A DNA stretch of 64,000 nucleotides, taken from positions 1-64,000 of the forward strand of contig JAPSGB010000004.1 of the NCBI GenBank assembly GCA_035063585.1. Reading direction: 5' to 3'. Below are positions 19,073-28,904 of the stretch, piece after piece (the stretch's first letter is position 1; each line of letters opens with the position of its first letter). The position numbers and the translations under genes were made by a program. Under the pieces are notes generated by a model. It was not told the DNA's origin. It made no database searches and saw only the letters and a program-made list of their open reading frames with translations. This stretch comes from Polyangiaceae bacterium. Its GTDB lineage: Bacteria > Myxococcota_A > Polyangia > Polyangiales > Polyangiaceae.

Positions 19073-20104
19073 TCAAGGGAAGCGGGTGAAGAGGTCCCCG
19101 AGCGCCTCGGCGTTCGCCGCGTCCCCGAGCGGCGGCGACAACCCGAAGATGGTCTGCAGGGTGCGGAGCGTCGAGCTATGGCTGTAGGGCGTGCGGTTCG
19201 CGTAGCCGACCTTCGCGAAGGGCGAGAGGACGATCATCCCGATCGGCTGGTTGCCCGTGAAGCCCTCGTCCCAGGTGATGAAAATGGCGCCGCCCTCGCG
19301 GTACGCGCGCGAGGCCCGGATCCGAGGGATCTCCCGGCGCAGCCAGTCGTCCCCCTGCTGGACCGGCCCGGGCCCGCAGTCGTCGTGCATGATGTTGCAG
19401 AGGTTGGGTATGAGCAGATTGTAGCGACCGATGGTCCCTTCCTCGAGCGCACGCGCGAAGTCCTGGTACGGGAAGATGTGCGCGAGGCAGTTCGCCGCCT
19501 GCTCGTCGCGGCAGTCTTTCCCTGACACATCGTCAAAAAATACCATCGGGTCGTGCTTCGGCGCGTACTTTCCGTGGTTCGTGAGCGGGCACGCACCGGG
19601 CTTCATGTCTTCCTGGTAAGAGCGCCAGTCGATCCCCGCGGCGTCGAGCTGGCGGGTCAGGTGGTCTCGACCGCGCGCGCAGTTCTTCGGGCCGGGCGGC
19701 GCGTCGGAGACGAAACCGAGCGTGTCCCCGGCCTCGAGCCAGATGTAGTTCGGCTCGCTCGGGTGGAGCGTGCCCTTGGGCACGTTGTGGTAGTTCTCCG
19801 CGTGCGCGCCCTCGGCGAGGAGCGAGTTGATGAAGGGCGCGTCCCGGTTCCCCTTGATGGCCGAAAAGTCGCGGTTCTCCATCACGATGAGGAACACCGT
19901 CTCGATGGCGCGGGCCCGCGCGGCGCGCTCGGCCGGAACCGGCGCGCTCACCGCAGGAGCCACGCACGGCGCAGGCGCTGCCACGCTCGCGGCGGGAGGC
20001 ACGCGCGGCCCCGCAGGGACGCCGCTGCTCGACTCGCTCGGCCGGTCACACCCCGAGACCGCGAGCCCGAGCCCCGCCACCAAGACGCCGCCGGCGAGCC
20101 GCAT
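19073..20104 (-). CDS. Phosphoesterase (acid phosphatase/alkaline-phosphatase superfamily) lipoprotein
   Basis: AVSGC; LIVMENR, HPSEPNY, PKHDP, MHDD, ITWDE, HSSTLRT. Confidence 0.9.
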   Translation of the reverse strand: MRLAGGVLVAGLGLAVSGCDRPSESSSGVPAGPRVPPAASVAAPAPCVAPAVSAPVPAERAARARAIETVFLIVMENRDFSAIKGNRDAPFINSLLAEGAHAENYHNVPKGTLHPSEPNYIWLEAGDTLGFVSDAPPGPKNCARGRDHLTRQLDAAGIDWRSYQEDMKPGACPLTNHGKYAPKHDPMVFFDDVSGKDCRDEQAANCLAHIFPYQDFARALEEGTIGRYNLLIPNLCNIMHDDCGPGPVQQGDDWLRREIPRIRASRAYREGGAIFITWDEGFTGNQPIGMIVLSPFAKVGYANRTPYSHSSTLRTLQTIFGLSPPLGDAANAEALGDLFTRFP

Positions 20105-20202
20105 CGCGGGAAGGTAAGCGCTCGAATCGCGGCGGTCGAGCCCCCCCCTGCCGACTCCGGGGTTGGGCCGGCGCGGCCGGCGGCGCGGCGCGCCGGCGCG
20201 GC

Positions 20203-20589
20203 TCAGCGGTCGAGCACGTGGCGCGAGGGCACGGCGCAGGAAAAATCTGCGCTCATGACCACCGTCTCTCCGCGCCGCACGTCGACGTGCACGCGGTAGC
20301 GCTTGCCCTCGTGCTCGGTGACGTTCGCCTCGGCGACCACGCGCTCGCCCACCACGACCGGGGCGCGGAACGTGGAGTCTGCGCTCGCGAGCACCACCGT
20401 CGGCTCGTTCACCGCGAGCATCGCGGCGTAGTCGGCGAGGCCGAAGATGAAGCCGCCATGCACGAGCCCGCGCTCATCGGCGGCCATCTCCGGCGTCGCG
20501 GTGAGCGCGACCGTGGCGCGCCCTCCCTCGAGCGCGACCGGCTCGCCGCAGAGGCTACGGTTGATGGTGAGGTGGGTGCGAGGCTCCAT
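20203..20589 (-). CDS. PaaI-family hotdog thioesterase
   Basis: GLVHGGFIFGLADYAAM. Confidence 0.85.
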   Translation of the reverse strand: MEPRTHLTINRSLCGEPVALEGGRATVALTATPEMAADERGLVHGGFIFGLADYAAMLAVNEPTVVLASADSTFRAPVVVGERVVAEANVTEHEGKRYRVHVDVRRGETVVMSADFSCAVPSRHVLDR

Positions 20590-20686
20590 TTTCCTCGCAC
20601 GATAGCGCGAGCTCATCGCGCCGCGCCACCTGGGCTCGCCGCGAACATGGCCCGGCGCCGGGAGGCCGTGCTAAGCGTCGAGCTCG

Positions 20687-21685
20687 ATGAGTCTCGGGAT
20701 TCGACGCTCACTCGCGTTCGCCGCGGTGCTCGCCGCGGGCGGCGCTGGCGCGGCGGCCCAGCTCGGCTCGGCCTCGGCGCGGAGCGCCGCACCGGACCCA
20801 TCGAGCGGCGCGCGTGGAGCGCGCTCGGCGCGCGCGGCCCCTCTGTCGATGCCCGAGCCCGCGACGCCGAGCGCGAGCGCGACGCCGGCCGCGCCGGACC
20901 CGCCAGCCCCGGAGGCCCCCGCGCTCCCGCCCGGGCTCACCGCGCGCGCGGTCGACACGCCCGATCTCACCCAGACCGACGCGGCGCTCGGGCTGCCGGG
21001 CAACGGCAACTCGTACTGCGGGCCGGTGGCGGTCTCGAACTCGCTCATGTGGCTCGCCGCGAACGGCTACCCCCTGCTCGCGCCGGACGGCGAGACACCG
21101 CGCGAGCAGCAGGTCGAGCTCGTGCGCCTCATCAGCAGCCAGAAGTACATGGCGACCGGCCCGCGCTCGGGCACAGGCCCGATGGGGCTCATGCACGGGC
21201 TCGACCGCTACGTCCGCCGCGCCGGCTACGTCGTGACGCGCCTCGAGTACGAAGGCTGGCGGCAGCACCCGTACGAGTTCACGCGCCACGAGCCGCACCC
21301 GAACCTCGAGTGGATCGCGAGCGGGCTCGGGCCGCGTGGCGCGGCGTTCGTCCACGTGGGTTGGTACGCGCCGAGCCCGCACGCCGAGGCCTACCGGCGC
21401 AAGGGCGGGCACTGGCTCAGCGTGGTCGCGGCCGGTAAAGACGAGGCGGGGAGCGACGCCCCCGACGTGCTCGTGCTCCACGACCCCGCGCCGTACCAAG
21501 ACGGCGGGCCAAAGAGCGTGTTCGCGCGGGCACGCCGCATCGAGGGCGGCTGGATGCTCGACGGGAAGGCGGCCTTTCCGGCCAAGGGGTACTACGAGCT
21601 CACCGGCGGGATGGCGCTCAAGGAAGCCGGCGAAGTCGCCATCATCGACGGCGCCGTCGTGCTCGAGCTCGCGCCGCCGTCGTGA
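20687..21685 (+). CDS. Secreted papain-fold (C39-like) cysteine peptidase
   Basis: Signal peptide; Q...YCGPVAVSN, GGHWLSVV, LHDP. Confidence 0.6.
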   Translation: MSLGIRRSLAFAAVLAAGGAGAAAQLGSASARSAAPDPSSGARGARSARAAPLSMPEPATPSASATPAAPDPPAPEAPALPPGLTARAVDTPDLTQTDAALGLPGNGNSYCGPVAVSNSLMWLAANGYPLLAPDGETPREQQVELVRLISSQKYMATGPRSGTGPMGLMHGLDRYVRRAGYVVTRLEYEGWRQHPYEFTRHEPHPNLEWIASGLGPRGAAFVHVGWYAPSPHAEAYRRKGGHWLSVVAAGKDEAGSDAPDVLVLHDPAPYQDGGPKSVFARARRIEGGWMLDGKAAFPAKGYYELTGGMALKEAGEVAIIDGAVVLELAPPS

Positions 21686-21730
21686 GGCGGGCGCTTCCGG
21701 CCCCTCGGCGCGCGCCCCCGCGCGAACGCC

Positions 21731-21787
21731 AATAGTTCACAGTATACCTTAGTATTGTAAATAGTTTATAGTTTACTTTAGTATTGT
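21731..21787. repeat. AT-rich imperfect 28-bp direct repeat (24/28 identical, period 29)
   Basis: aatagttcacagtataccttagtattgt / aatagtttatagtttactttagtattgt. Confidence 0.85.
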
Positions 21788-21810
21788 CGGGGCGGCGCGG
21801 AACCGCGCGC

Positions 21811-23268
21811 TCACGGCCCCTGCCGCGGTATCGAGACGACGTCGCGAGTGTTCGGATGCTCGGCCGAGGTCCACACGCGATCGGTCGAACGCTCGTAGTA
21901 GAGATCTTCGGCGCCGTGCACCCAGGCGGAAATCTTGCTCTCCTGCCCCACCTTGGTGCGGTAGAGCCGCCCCCACGACTGATACTGGCTCGAGGACGAG
22001 ATGTAGATCTCGCTTCCACGCGTGAACGCGCCCTGCATGCGGCTCTGCCCGGAGATGTATGCGCCGGTCGCGTGCACCAGCCCGCCCGTCTCCGTGAGCC
22101 AGCCGGTGGAGAGATCGAGCGGCCACTTCGCGAGCCTTCCAGTGACCGTGTCGGCGACGTACTCGCCGTTCATGATGGTCGGCGGGGTCGTCGTGCGATC
22201 GAGCCCGGCGAACGAGAACAGGATCTTGCACGCGCCCGAGGGCTGCCGATAGCGCGCGATCTGCCCAGCGACGTACTCGTATCCGAAGGCGTCGACGCGA
22301 CTTCCGCTCACTCCGATCCGTGACTTGTCGTCGGTGTGGGTCACCCGGATGATGCGCGAGAGATCGAACACGCGGAACCCCTGCGCGGTGTCGGCGACAT
22401 AGAGCAGGTCCTTTACCCACACGATCCCGCCGCCGTGGAGCGAATCGCCGGTGCCCGTGAGCACCGGGCCGAAGCTCGCGCCGTTCGGTTCGACGAGGAG
22501 GATGTGCCGATAGCGAATCTGGTTCAGGTTGCTCAAGTCGACGAGCGAGATCCGGATGCCCTTCGGGGGGCTGTTCTTTCGGTCGTACCAAGACGCGATG
22601 ACCCTGCGCTTCGTCTGCCCGGTGTCTTCGCTTCCGGTGATCCCCTGCGGGTACCAGTCCGCGGTCGCCTGGTCGCCCGAGTTCCATCGAAAGCCGAGGT
22701 AGGCGTGGTTCTTCAAGCGCTCGGCGGTGTTGGCGCTCACGCCCTTGGTCGCTTCCCGGTTGAGCTCGAGCGCGTCGAGCGCGACGTATCCCTTCGCCTT
22801 CGCCGCGATTTGATCGAGCTCGGCGCGCGCGGTCGCCGAACGATCATAGAGCTTCAATCGGAACGCGCACGACTCGAGCGGCTCGAGGTGGTGCTCGGTC
22901 GCGGTGCCTCCGACCCTCGCGCAGTCGGTGAGCGCCGGGCACGGCTCGGGCTCGGGCTCCGGCTCGGGCTCCGGGTCCGGCTCGGGCTCCGGCGCGGCGT
23001 CGGGCTCGCCGTCGTCGATGATGCCGGAGTCGGGCGCCGTCGCGTCGTCCGGCTCGCGCTCGTCGTCGGGCGGCGTCGGGACGGCGCCGTCGCCGTCCGC
23101 CGCCGCGTCACCCTCGGTGGAGCCGTCGTCGCGGCTCGCATCGAGCCCCGCGCCGCCGCCCGCGCCCCGCGCGGCCGCGACCTCATCGCTCCCGGCCGAG
23201 CCGCACGCCACACTCGTGAGCGCGACGATGACCGCGGTTCGCCCGGCGCGCGTGAACTCTGCTCGCAT
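21811..23268 (-). CDS. Lipoprotein with acidic/PE-repeat linker and uncharacterised beta-propeller-like domain
   Basis: TSVAC lipobox; WYPQGIT, RYRHILLV, HGGGIVW, LYVADT. Confidence 0.75.
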   Translation of the reverse strand: MRAEFTRAGRTAVIVALTSVACGSAGSDEVAAARGAGGGAGLDASRDDGSTEGDAAADGDGAVPTPPDDEREPDDATAPDSGIIDDGEPDAAPEPEPDPEPEPEPEPEPCPALTDCARVGGTATEHHLEPLESCAFRLKLYDRSATARAELDQIAAKAKGYVALDALELNREATKGVSANTAERLKNHAYLGFRWNSGDQATADWYPQGITGSEDTGQTKRRVIASWYDRKNSPPKGIRISLVDLSNLNQIRYRHILLVEPNGASFGPVLTGTGDSLHGGGIVWVKDLLYVADTAQGFRVFDLSRIIRVTHTDDKSRIGVSGSRVDAFGYEYVAGQIARYRQPSGACKILFSFAGLDRTTTPPTIMNGEYVADTVTGRLAKWPLDLSTGWLTETGGLVHATGAYISGQSRMQGAFTRGSEIYISSSSQYQSWGRLYRTKVGQESKISAWVHGAEDLYYERSTDRVWTSAEHPNTRDVVSIPRQGP

Positions 23269-23311
23269 GCTCGCGACCTTACCATCCAGCGGAGCCGGGT
23301 GGCCACGCGGC

Positions 23312-25063
23312 TCAACTCCCGTTCGGTTGCCCCATGCGGAGCGGCCCGCCGCGCGCCGTCGACCAGAGCAGGCAGTTCTCGGCCGAGCCCGGGATCTTGA
23401 AGACGTCCATCCCGTGATCGAAGGTCTGAACGAACACCTCGAGCACGCCGTCACCGTCGAGATCGCCCACCGCGGGCGCGGCGGGAGCGCCGTTGCCGTT
23501 GCCGTTGCGGCCAGGGTTCGGCAGCGAGACGTCATGGAGCAGCGAGCCATCCGCCCCGAGAATCACCAGGTGACCGGAGTCGGTGACGTCGGGAGCTCCG
23601 TAGGTCGTGAAGAGAAGCTCGGGCGAGCCGTCCTGGTTCAGGTCGGCGACGCTCGCCTCGGAGGCGTACATGATGCGCTTGCCGAACGTGTAGTCGAAGC
23701 GCCAGATGCGCTGCCCCCCGGCGTCGAACGCGTACATGAAGCCGTCGTTGAGCGAGACGATGAGCTCAGGGCGAGCGTCACCTTGGATGTCGACCGTGGC
23801 GGCCGCCGGCACGCCGCCGGGCGGGTAGTAGCCGTCCACCGTGATGGGCGTATCTCCATGCGGAAGCACCTCCCAGCCGGCCTTTCGCATCGCCGAGCGG
23901 CTGCCGTCTCCGTAGGCGCCCTCGAGCGCCATGATGGCGTAAAATTGCGTCTCATAGGGCTCGTGCTGCTCGGCGTTCGGGACGCCGACGACCTCGTTCT
24001 TGCCGTCCCCGTCGAGGTCCACCACGTTCGGCGGAGAGGCCGTCCACTGGAGCCAAGGCGTCTCGTTCACGTCGGGCCAGTCGCCGCTGTGCTGGTGATA
24101 GTGCGCTTGCTCGACGCCCGGCTCGAGCCAGCGGATGAATTGCCCCCAGGTGAGGCGCTCACCCGCGTGCTCGCTCTCGCGGTTAGTGAACCACGGCGCG
24201 GCGTCGATCGCGACGCCATCCTTCTTGAAGGCCTGGATGTGGTGGTTGTCGTAAGTGACCAGGATCTCGAGATCCGGCTCGTCATCGATGTTGCCGATGC
24301 CGACGTTGAGGCCGTAGCACCCGTAGCCGCTGTGACCCATGCCGTTGCGATCGGCGTCGTTGCCGGTGCCTTTCCTGTCGTTATAGCGCGGCCAGGCCTG
24401 CCACGAGAGCCCGGCAGGCTGATAGAGGCTCCCGTTCGCAGAGTACGCGAACACCTGCGCGCCCCCGCTCTCGGTGCTCGCCGTCTGCGTGGTGGTAGCG
24501 ACGATCTCGAGCGCCCCATCGCCGTCGAGATCCCCCGCCGCGAGGCCTCGCACCTCGGGCGCCTCGCCGGCCGTCGTCGTATCCACCGGCCAGCCGCTCT
24601 TCTTGCGTAGCTTTCCTTCGGAAAACTCGTACCCTAGCACCCGCTCTCCGTTGCCTGCGATGACGTCGACCACGCCATCTCCCTCGAGGTCGGCGACCAC
24701 ATGTGGCGCGTACACGCGGCCGTCGCCGTCGGAGACCTTGTCGAGCAACCGCCCGCTCGAGTCGAAGACGTAGAGCGAGTAGTACGCGGCCACGAGCTCG
24801 CGCTTGCCGTCGCCGTCGAGATCGGTGACGACCGGCGAGGCATACCAGCTCGTCTCGCCGTCGAGATGCTTCCAGAGTACCGGTGCGGCGACCTCGCCGG
24901 CGCTCGTCCCCTTCTGGCAAGTCGGGTTTCGCGTGCCACCGGTGCTGCTGCCGCCGCGCGGAGCTCCGCCCTCGCTCTTCGATTCGCCGCTCGAGCACGC
25001 GGCGAGCGCGCCGAACACCGCCAAGCTCCCCGCCACCAGCCCAACTCTCAGGCGTCGCTGCAT
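23312..25063 (-). CDS. FG-GAP/VCBS repeat lipoprotein
   Basis: ALAAC; many DLDGDG..E(L/I)V repeats. Confidence 0.9.
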   Translation of the reverse strand: MQRRLRVGLVAGSLAVFGALAACSSGESKSEGGAPRGGSSTGGTRNPTCQKGTSAGEVAAPVLWKHLDGETSWYASPVVTDLDGDGKRELVAAYYSLYVFDSSGRLLDKVSDGDGRVYAPHVVADLEGDGVVDVIAGNGERVLGYEFSEGKLRKKSGWPVDTTTAGEAPEVRGLAAGDLDGDGALEIVATTTQTASTESGGAQVFAYSANGSLYQPAGLSWQAWPRYNDRKGTGNDADRNGMGHSGYGCYGLNVGIGNIDDEPDLEILVTYDNHHIQAFKKDGVAIDAAPWFTNRESEHAGERLTWGQFIRWLEPGVEQAHYHQHSGDWPDVNETPWLQWTASPPNVVDLDGDGKNEVVGVPNAEQHEPYETQFYAIMALEGAYGDGSRSAMRKAGWEVLPHGDTPITVDGYYPPGGVPAAATVDIQGDARPELIVSLNDGFMYAFDAGGQRIWRFDYTFGKRIMYASEASVADLNQDGSPELLFTTYGAPDVTDSGHLVILGADGSLLHDVSLPNPGRNGNGNGAPAAPAVGDLDGDGVLEVFVQTFDHGMDVFKIPGSAENCLLWSTARGGPLRMGQPNGS

Positions 25064-25157
25064 GACGACCATTCTATACCGCGGCAGGCGGGCGGCGAGC
25101 GATTGAGCGAGGCGGCGCTTCCGCCCCCCGCCGTCCGGAACTATCCTCCGGTGCAGG

Positions 25158-26336
25158 ATGGCCCCGTTCTCGCTGGCGCCGATGACCCCGGGCGATGCCG
25201 AGACGCTCGAAGCGTACGGAGACATCGTCGCGCTGTCGTTCGGGTTCACCGGCGAAGAACGCGCGGCGTGGGCGGACAACACGCGGTTCGGGGCGATCCG
25301 GATCGCGCGCGAGGACGGCGCGGTGCTCGGCGGGAGCGTGAGCATCGACATGGGACAGTACTTCGGCGGCGCGCGCGTGACGCTCGCGGCGATCTCCGGC
25401 GTGGTGGTCGCGCCCGAGCACCGCGGGCGCGGAGTGGCGCGCGCGCTCGTCGAAGCGGAGCTCTCGCGTGCCGCGGAGGACGGCGTCGCGCTCGCCGCGC
25501 TCTACCCGACCACCTTCGCGCTCTACCGCAAGCTCGGCTTCGAGCCGGCCGGCTGCCGCTTTCGCCACGCGGTGGGCGTCGCGGAGCTACCGCGGGCGGA
25601 GCGCGAGCTCGAGGTGCGCGCGCTCCGCTCGGAGGACACCGCCTCCCTGCGCGAGCTCTACGAGCTCGTCGCGCGCGACGAGCCGGGCTCGCTCGCTCGC
25701 AGCGACTTCGTCTGGAACCGCATCCGCCGGCCGCGCGGCGAGCACGCGCGGGGATACCTCGCCCTCGCCGACGGAAGACCCGAGGGCTACCTCTACCTCA
25801 CGCAGTCGCGAAACGCGCGCGGGCGCTACGACCTCAGCCTCTCGGATTTCGTGAGCGCGAGCGCGCGCGCTACGCGCGCGCTCCTCGGCTTCATCGCCGA
25901 GCATCGCACGCTCGCCGACCAGGTGACGTTCGCAGCCGGCCTCGGCGCTCCGGCGCTCGCTCACCTGCCCGAGCGAGCCAGCGCAGAGGTCGCGGAGCAT
26001 TGGATGCTCCGGCTGGTCGACGCGCGCGTCGCGCTCGAGACGCGCGGCTACCCGGCAGGCGTCTCTGCGCGGCTCGAGCTCGAGCTCGACGATCCGCTGC
26101 TCGCGAACAACCGCGGGCGGTTCGTCCTCGAGGTCGAGGAGGGGTGCGGGCGCGTCGCGGCCGGCGGCGCGGGAGCGCTCCACGTCGGCGCGCGCGGCCT
26201 CGGCCCGCTCTACAGCGGGTTTGCCGCGCCGCGCGCGCTCGCCCGCGCGGGGCTCCTCGCCGGCAGCGAGCGCGCGCTCGCGCTCGCTGCCGCCGTCTTC
26301 GCCGGGCCGACACCGTCGATGCGCGACCGCTTCTGA
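25158..26336 (+). CDS. Eis-family GNAT acetyltransferase
   Basis: VVVAPEHRGRGVA, LYP, LYRKLGFE, WMLRLVD, C-terminal DRF. Confidence 0.9.
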   Translation: MAPFSLAPMTPGDAETLEAYGDIVALSFGFTGEERAAWADNTRFGAIRIAREDGAVLGGSVSIDMGQYFGGARVTLAAISGVVVAPEHRGRGVARALVEAELSRAAEDGVALAALYPTTFALYRKLGFEPAGCRFRHAVGVAELPRAERELEVRALRSEDTASLRELYELVARDEPGSLARSDFVWNRIRRPRGEHARGYLALADGRPEGYLYLTQSRNARGRYDLSLSDFVSASARATRALLGFIAEHRTLADQVTFAAGLGAPALAHLPERASAEVAEHWMLRLVDARVALETRGYPAGVSARLELELDDPLLANNRGRFVLEVEEGCGRVAAGGAGALHVGARGLGPLYSGFAAPRALARAGLLAGSERALALAAAVFAGPTPSMRDRF

Positions 26337-26358
26337 GGCGCGCCGCCCGTCGCCTGCC

Positions 26359-28071
26359 TCACGCCGAGGCCGACGGCGTCGAGGCGGCCCCGCCGTGCGC
26401 GTAGAGGCGCTCGCGCACCTGGCTGCGCTGCTCGAAGCGCGCATCGCAGGGGGTCGCTTCGCCGGCCGTCACCGCTTCGGCGAGCGCGACGCCAACCTCC
26501 GCCTCACCCGCTGCGACCACGCTCGCTCCGGCACGCCGGAGCGCCGGCGCGTCGCGGAGATGCGCGCAGCGCGCGAGGACGCGCAGCTCCGGATTCAAGA
26601 TGCGCGCCTGACGGATGATCTCCGCCGCGTCTTCCACGCCGGCGCTGAGGACGAGACTCCCCGCGGTCGCGATGCCGGCCGATTCGAGCGTGCCGGGCCG
26701 GAGCACGTCGCCGTACATCACCTCGACGCCCTCGGCCTCGAGCCGGCGCACCGTCTGCAAGTTGAGCTCGATGACGGTGACCCGCGCGCCCCGCTCGAGG
26801 AGTAGCTGATGCACGATGCGCCCGACTGGCCCGAAACCGACCAGGATCGAGTGGCTCGGGTCGATCGCCGGGCGCTGGGCGAGCGGGGCCGGCTCCGCCT
26901 TCCATTTCGCCGACGAGAGCCCGCGCGCCCACCGGTATAAGGTGGGGTTCATCGCGATCGACAGGATCGAGACCGCGATGAGCGCGTTCCATCCCTCGTC
27001 ACTGAGCAGCCCGAGGTCCTTGGCGACCGCGCCGAGGATGAAGCTGAACTCGCCGACCTGCGAGAAGGCCGCGCCCACCGGGATGGCGGTCGCCGTCGGC
27101 CGGCCGAGCACGCGCACCGTGAGCGCCGCGGCGAGCGGCTTGCCGATCACGACGACGAAGAGCACCGCGCCGACCAAGAGCGGCGAGCGCACCACGCTCA
27201 TCGGATCGAAGAGCATGCCGACCGAGACGAAGAAGAGCACCGCGAAGGCGTCCCGCATGGGCACCGCGTCGCCCGCTGCTCGCGCGCCGAACTCCGAGCG
27301 CCCGACGGCGAGCCCGGCGAGGAACGCGCCGAGCGCCATCGAGACGCCGAAGATCTCGGCGGATCCGACCGCGATGCCGATGGCGAGGACCAGCACCGCG
27401 AGCGTGAAGAGCTCACGCGAGCGCGTCTTTTCGATCCGGTCGAGGGCCCGCGGGATGACCCATCGCCCGAGCACCACGACCACCGCGAGCAGCCCGACCA
27501 CCTTGAGGCCCGCGAGCCCGAGCGCAGCGCCCGCGCCTTCACCAGTGCTGGCCGGGCCGAAGAAGATGGGAAGTAGGAGGAGGAGCGCCACCGTGAGGAT
27601 GTCCTCCACGACCGTCCAGCCGATCGCGATATGCCCGATGGTGGCGTGGAGATCGTGCCGCTCACCGAGCACGAGCGCCATCACCACCGTGCTCGCCACC
27701 GAGATGGCCATGCCGAGGATGAAGCCCGAGATCCACGACCAGCCAAAGAGGTGCAGCAGCCCCGCCATCATCAGCGTGGAGAGGGTGCTCTGGATGAGCG
27801 CGCCCGGCAGCGCCACCGTCCACACCGCGAGGAGCTCCTGGAGGTGGAAGCGGAGCCCGATCCCGAAGAGGAGCAGGATGACGCCGATCTCGGCGAACTG
27901 GTTGGCGACCGCGTGATTGGCCACGAACCCCGGCGTGAACGGCCCGACCAGCACGCCGGCGAGTAGGTACCCGATGATCGGTGAGAGCCGCAGGCGCAGG
28001 GCGACGAAGCCGAGTACGAGCGCTGCCGCGAGGCCTCCGGCGAACGTCATGAGGATGCTGAGATCGTGCAT
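26359..28071 (-). CDS. CPA2 cation:proton antiporter with TrkA_N domain (YbaL/RosB-like)
   Basis: IGYLLAGVLVGPFTPG, SVASTVV, VVED, SQVGEFSFIL, VGFGPVG. Confidence 0.92.
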   Translation of the reverse strand: MHDLSILMTFAGGLAAALVLGFVALRLRLSPIIGYLLAGVLVGPFTPGFVANHAVANQFAEIGVILLLFGIGLRFHLQELLAVWTVALPGALIQSTLSTLMMAGLLHLFGWSWISGFILGMAISVASTVVMALVLGERHDLHATIGHIAIGWTVVEDILTVALLLLLPIFFGPASTGEGAGAALGLAGLKVVGLLAVVVVLGRWVIPRALDRIEKTRSRELFTLAVLVLAIGIAVGSAEIFGVSMALGAFLAGLAVGRSEFGARAAGDAVPMRDAFAVLFFVSVGMLFDPMSVVRSPLLVGAVLFVVVIGKPLAAALTVRVLGRPTATAIPVGAAFSQVGEFSFILGAVAKDLGLLSDEGWNALIAVSILSIAMNPTLYRWARGLSSAKWKAEPAPLAQRPAIDPSHSILVGFGPVGRIVHQLLLERGARVTVIELNLQTVRRLEAEGVEVMYGDVLRPGTLESAGIATAGSLVLSAGVEDAAEIIRQARILNPELRVLARCAHLRDAPALRRAGASVVAAGEAEVGVALAEAVTAGEATPCDARFEQRSQVRERLYAHGGAASTPSASA

Positions 28072-28177
28072 GGCGCGGGGCTCGGACCCTAACACGCGAG
28101 GCTCCGCCGAACCGCTCGACGCGAGCGGGTCGTCCGTTTCGAGCGCGCAGCCGAGCCGGGGCGCTACACTCGGCGGC

Positions 28178-28798
28178 ATGAACACCCCGAGCCAGCCGCT
28201 CGTCCGCGCGCTATTTCGCGCCTGGAGCCGCGTCTACGACCAACCGATCTTCCAGTGGACGCTCTACTCGCGCATCCACCGAAAGCTCCTCGCCGAGGCG
28301 CGAGGGCTCCACCCGCGACGGATCCTCGACGTCGGTTGCGGCACCGGCGAGCTACTGGTGGCGCTCGCCGCGCGGTGGCCCGACGCGGAGCTCGCCGGGC
28401 TCGATCTCTCGCCGCAGATGCTGGCGCGAGCGCGCGCGAAGGCGTTCGCGCATCGGGCCGAGCTCGTCGAGGGGAGCGTCTATGAGCTCCCCTTCGCGGA
28501 CGGCTCCTTCGAGCTGGTGACGAACACGGTGAGCTCGCATTTCTACACGGACGGCGCGCGCGCCTTCGGCGAGCTCGGGCGCGTGCTCGCCCCAGGCGGC
28601 ACGCTCCTCCAAGCGAGCCTCACCACCTGGCCGCTCGAGCTCGTGCCCGGGCTCGCTCGACGGGTGACGAGCGTACCCGGCGCCGTCTATCGCGGACTCG
28701 GCGCGCAAGAGGAGCTCCTCGAACGCGCCGGGCTCCGGGTGCTCGGCGCGCGGCTCATCTTGCCCGGGGTGCGGCTCTACCACGCGCGAAAACGGTGA
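28178..28798 (+). CDS. Class I SAM-dependent methyltransferase
   Basis: ILDVGCGTG, GLDLSPQML, LPFADGSFELV, RVLAPGG. Confidence 0.9.
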   Translation: MNTPSQPLVRALFRAWSRVYDQPIFQWTLYSRIHRKLLAEARGLHPRRILDVGCGTGELLVALAARWPDAELAGLDLSPQMLARARAKAFAHRAELVEGSVYELPFADGSFELVTNTVSSHFYTDGARAFGELGRVLAPGGTLLQASLTTWPLELVPGLARRVTSVPGAVYRGLGAQEELLERAGLRVLGARLILPGVRLYHARKR

Positions 28799-28822
28799 TT
28801 GTTGCTATGGTAGCAACAATCA
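28796..28822. promoter_or_regulatory. AT-rich 12-bp perfect palindrome (operator upstream of yceI and/or hairpin after the methyltransferase stop)
   Basis: tgattgttgcta-tgg-tagcaacaatca. Confidence 0.6.
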
Positions 28823-28904
28823 TTTGCGATCAGCCCGGCTTGTTCCATCGGGGGCCGGAGCGCATGTTCTCGCCGCAACCCTGAAACCGAGGAGAGCGGA
28901 ACAC

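Noticed and set aside
21731..21787. AT-rich element as a dif (XerCD) site or CRISPR repeat
   Set aside because: No match to the dif 11-6-11 consensus (no TTATGTTAAAT-like arm); only two adjacent units with no spacer.
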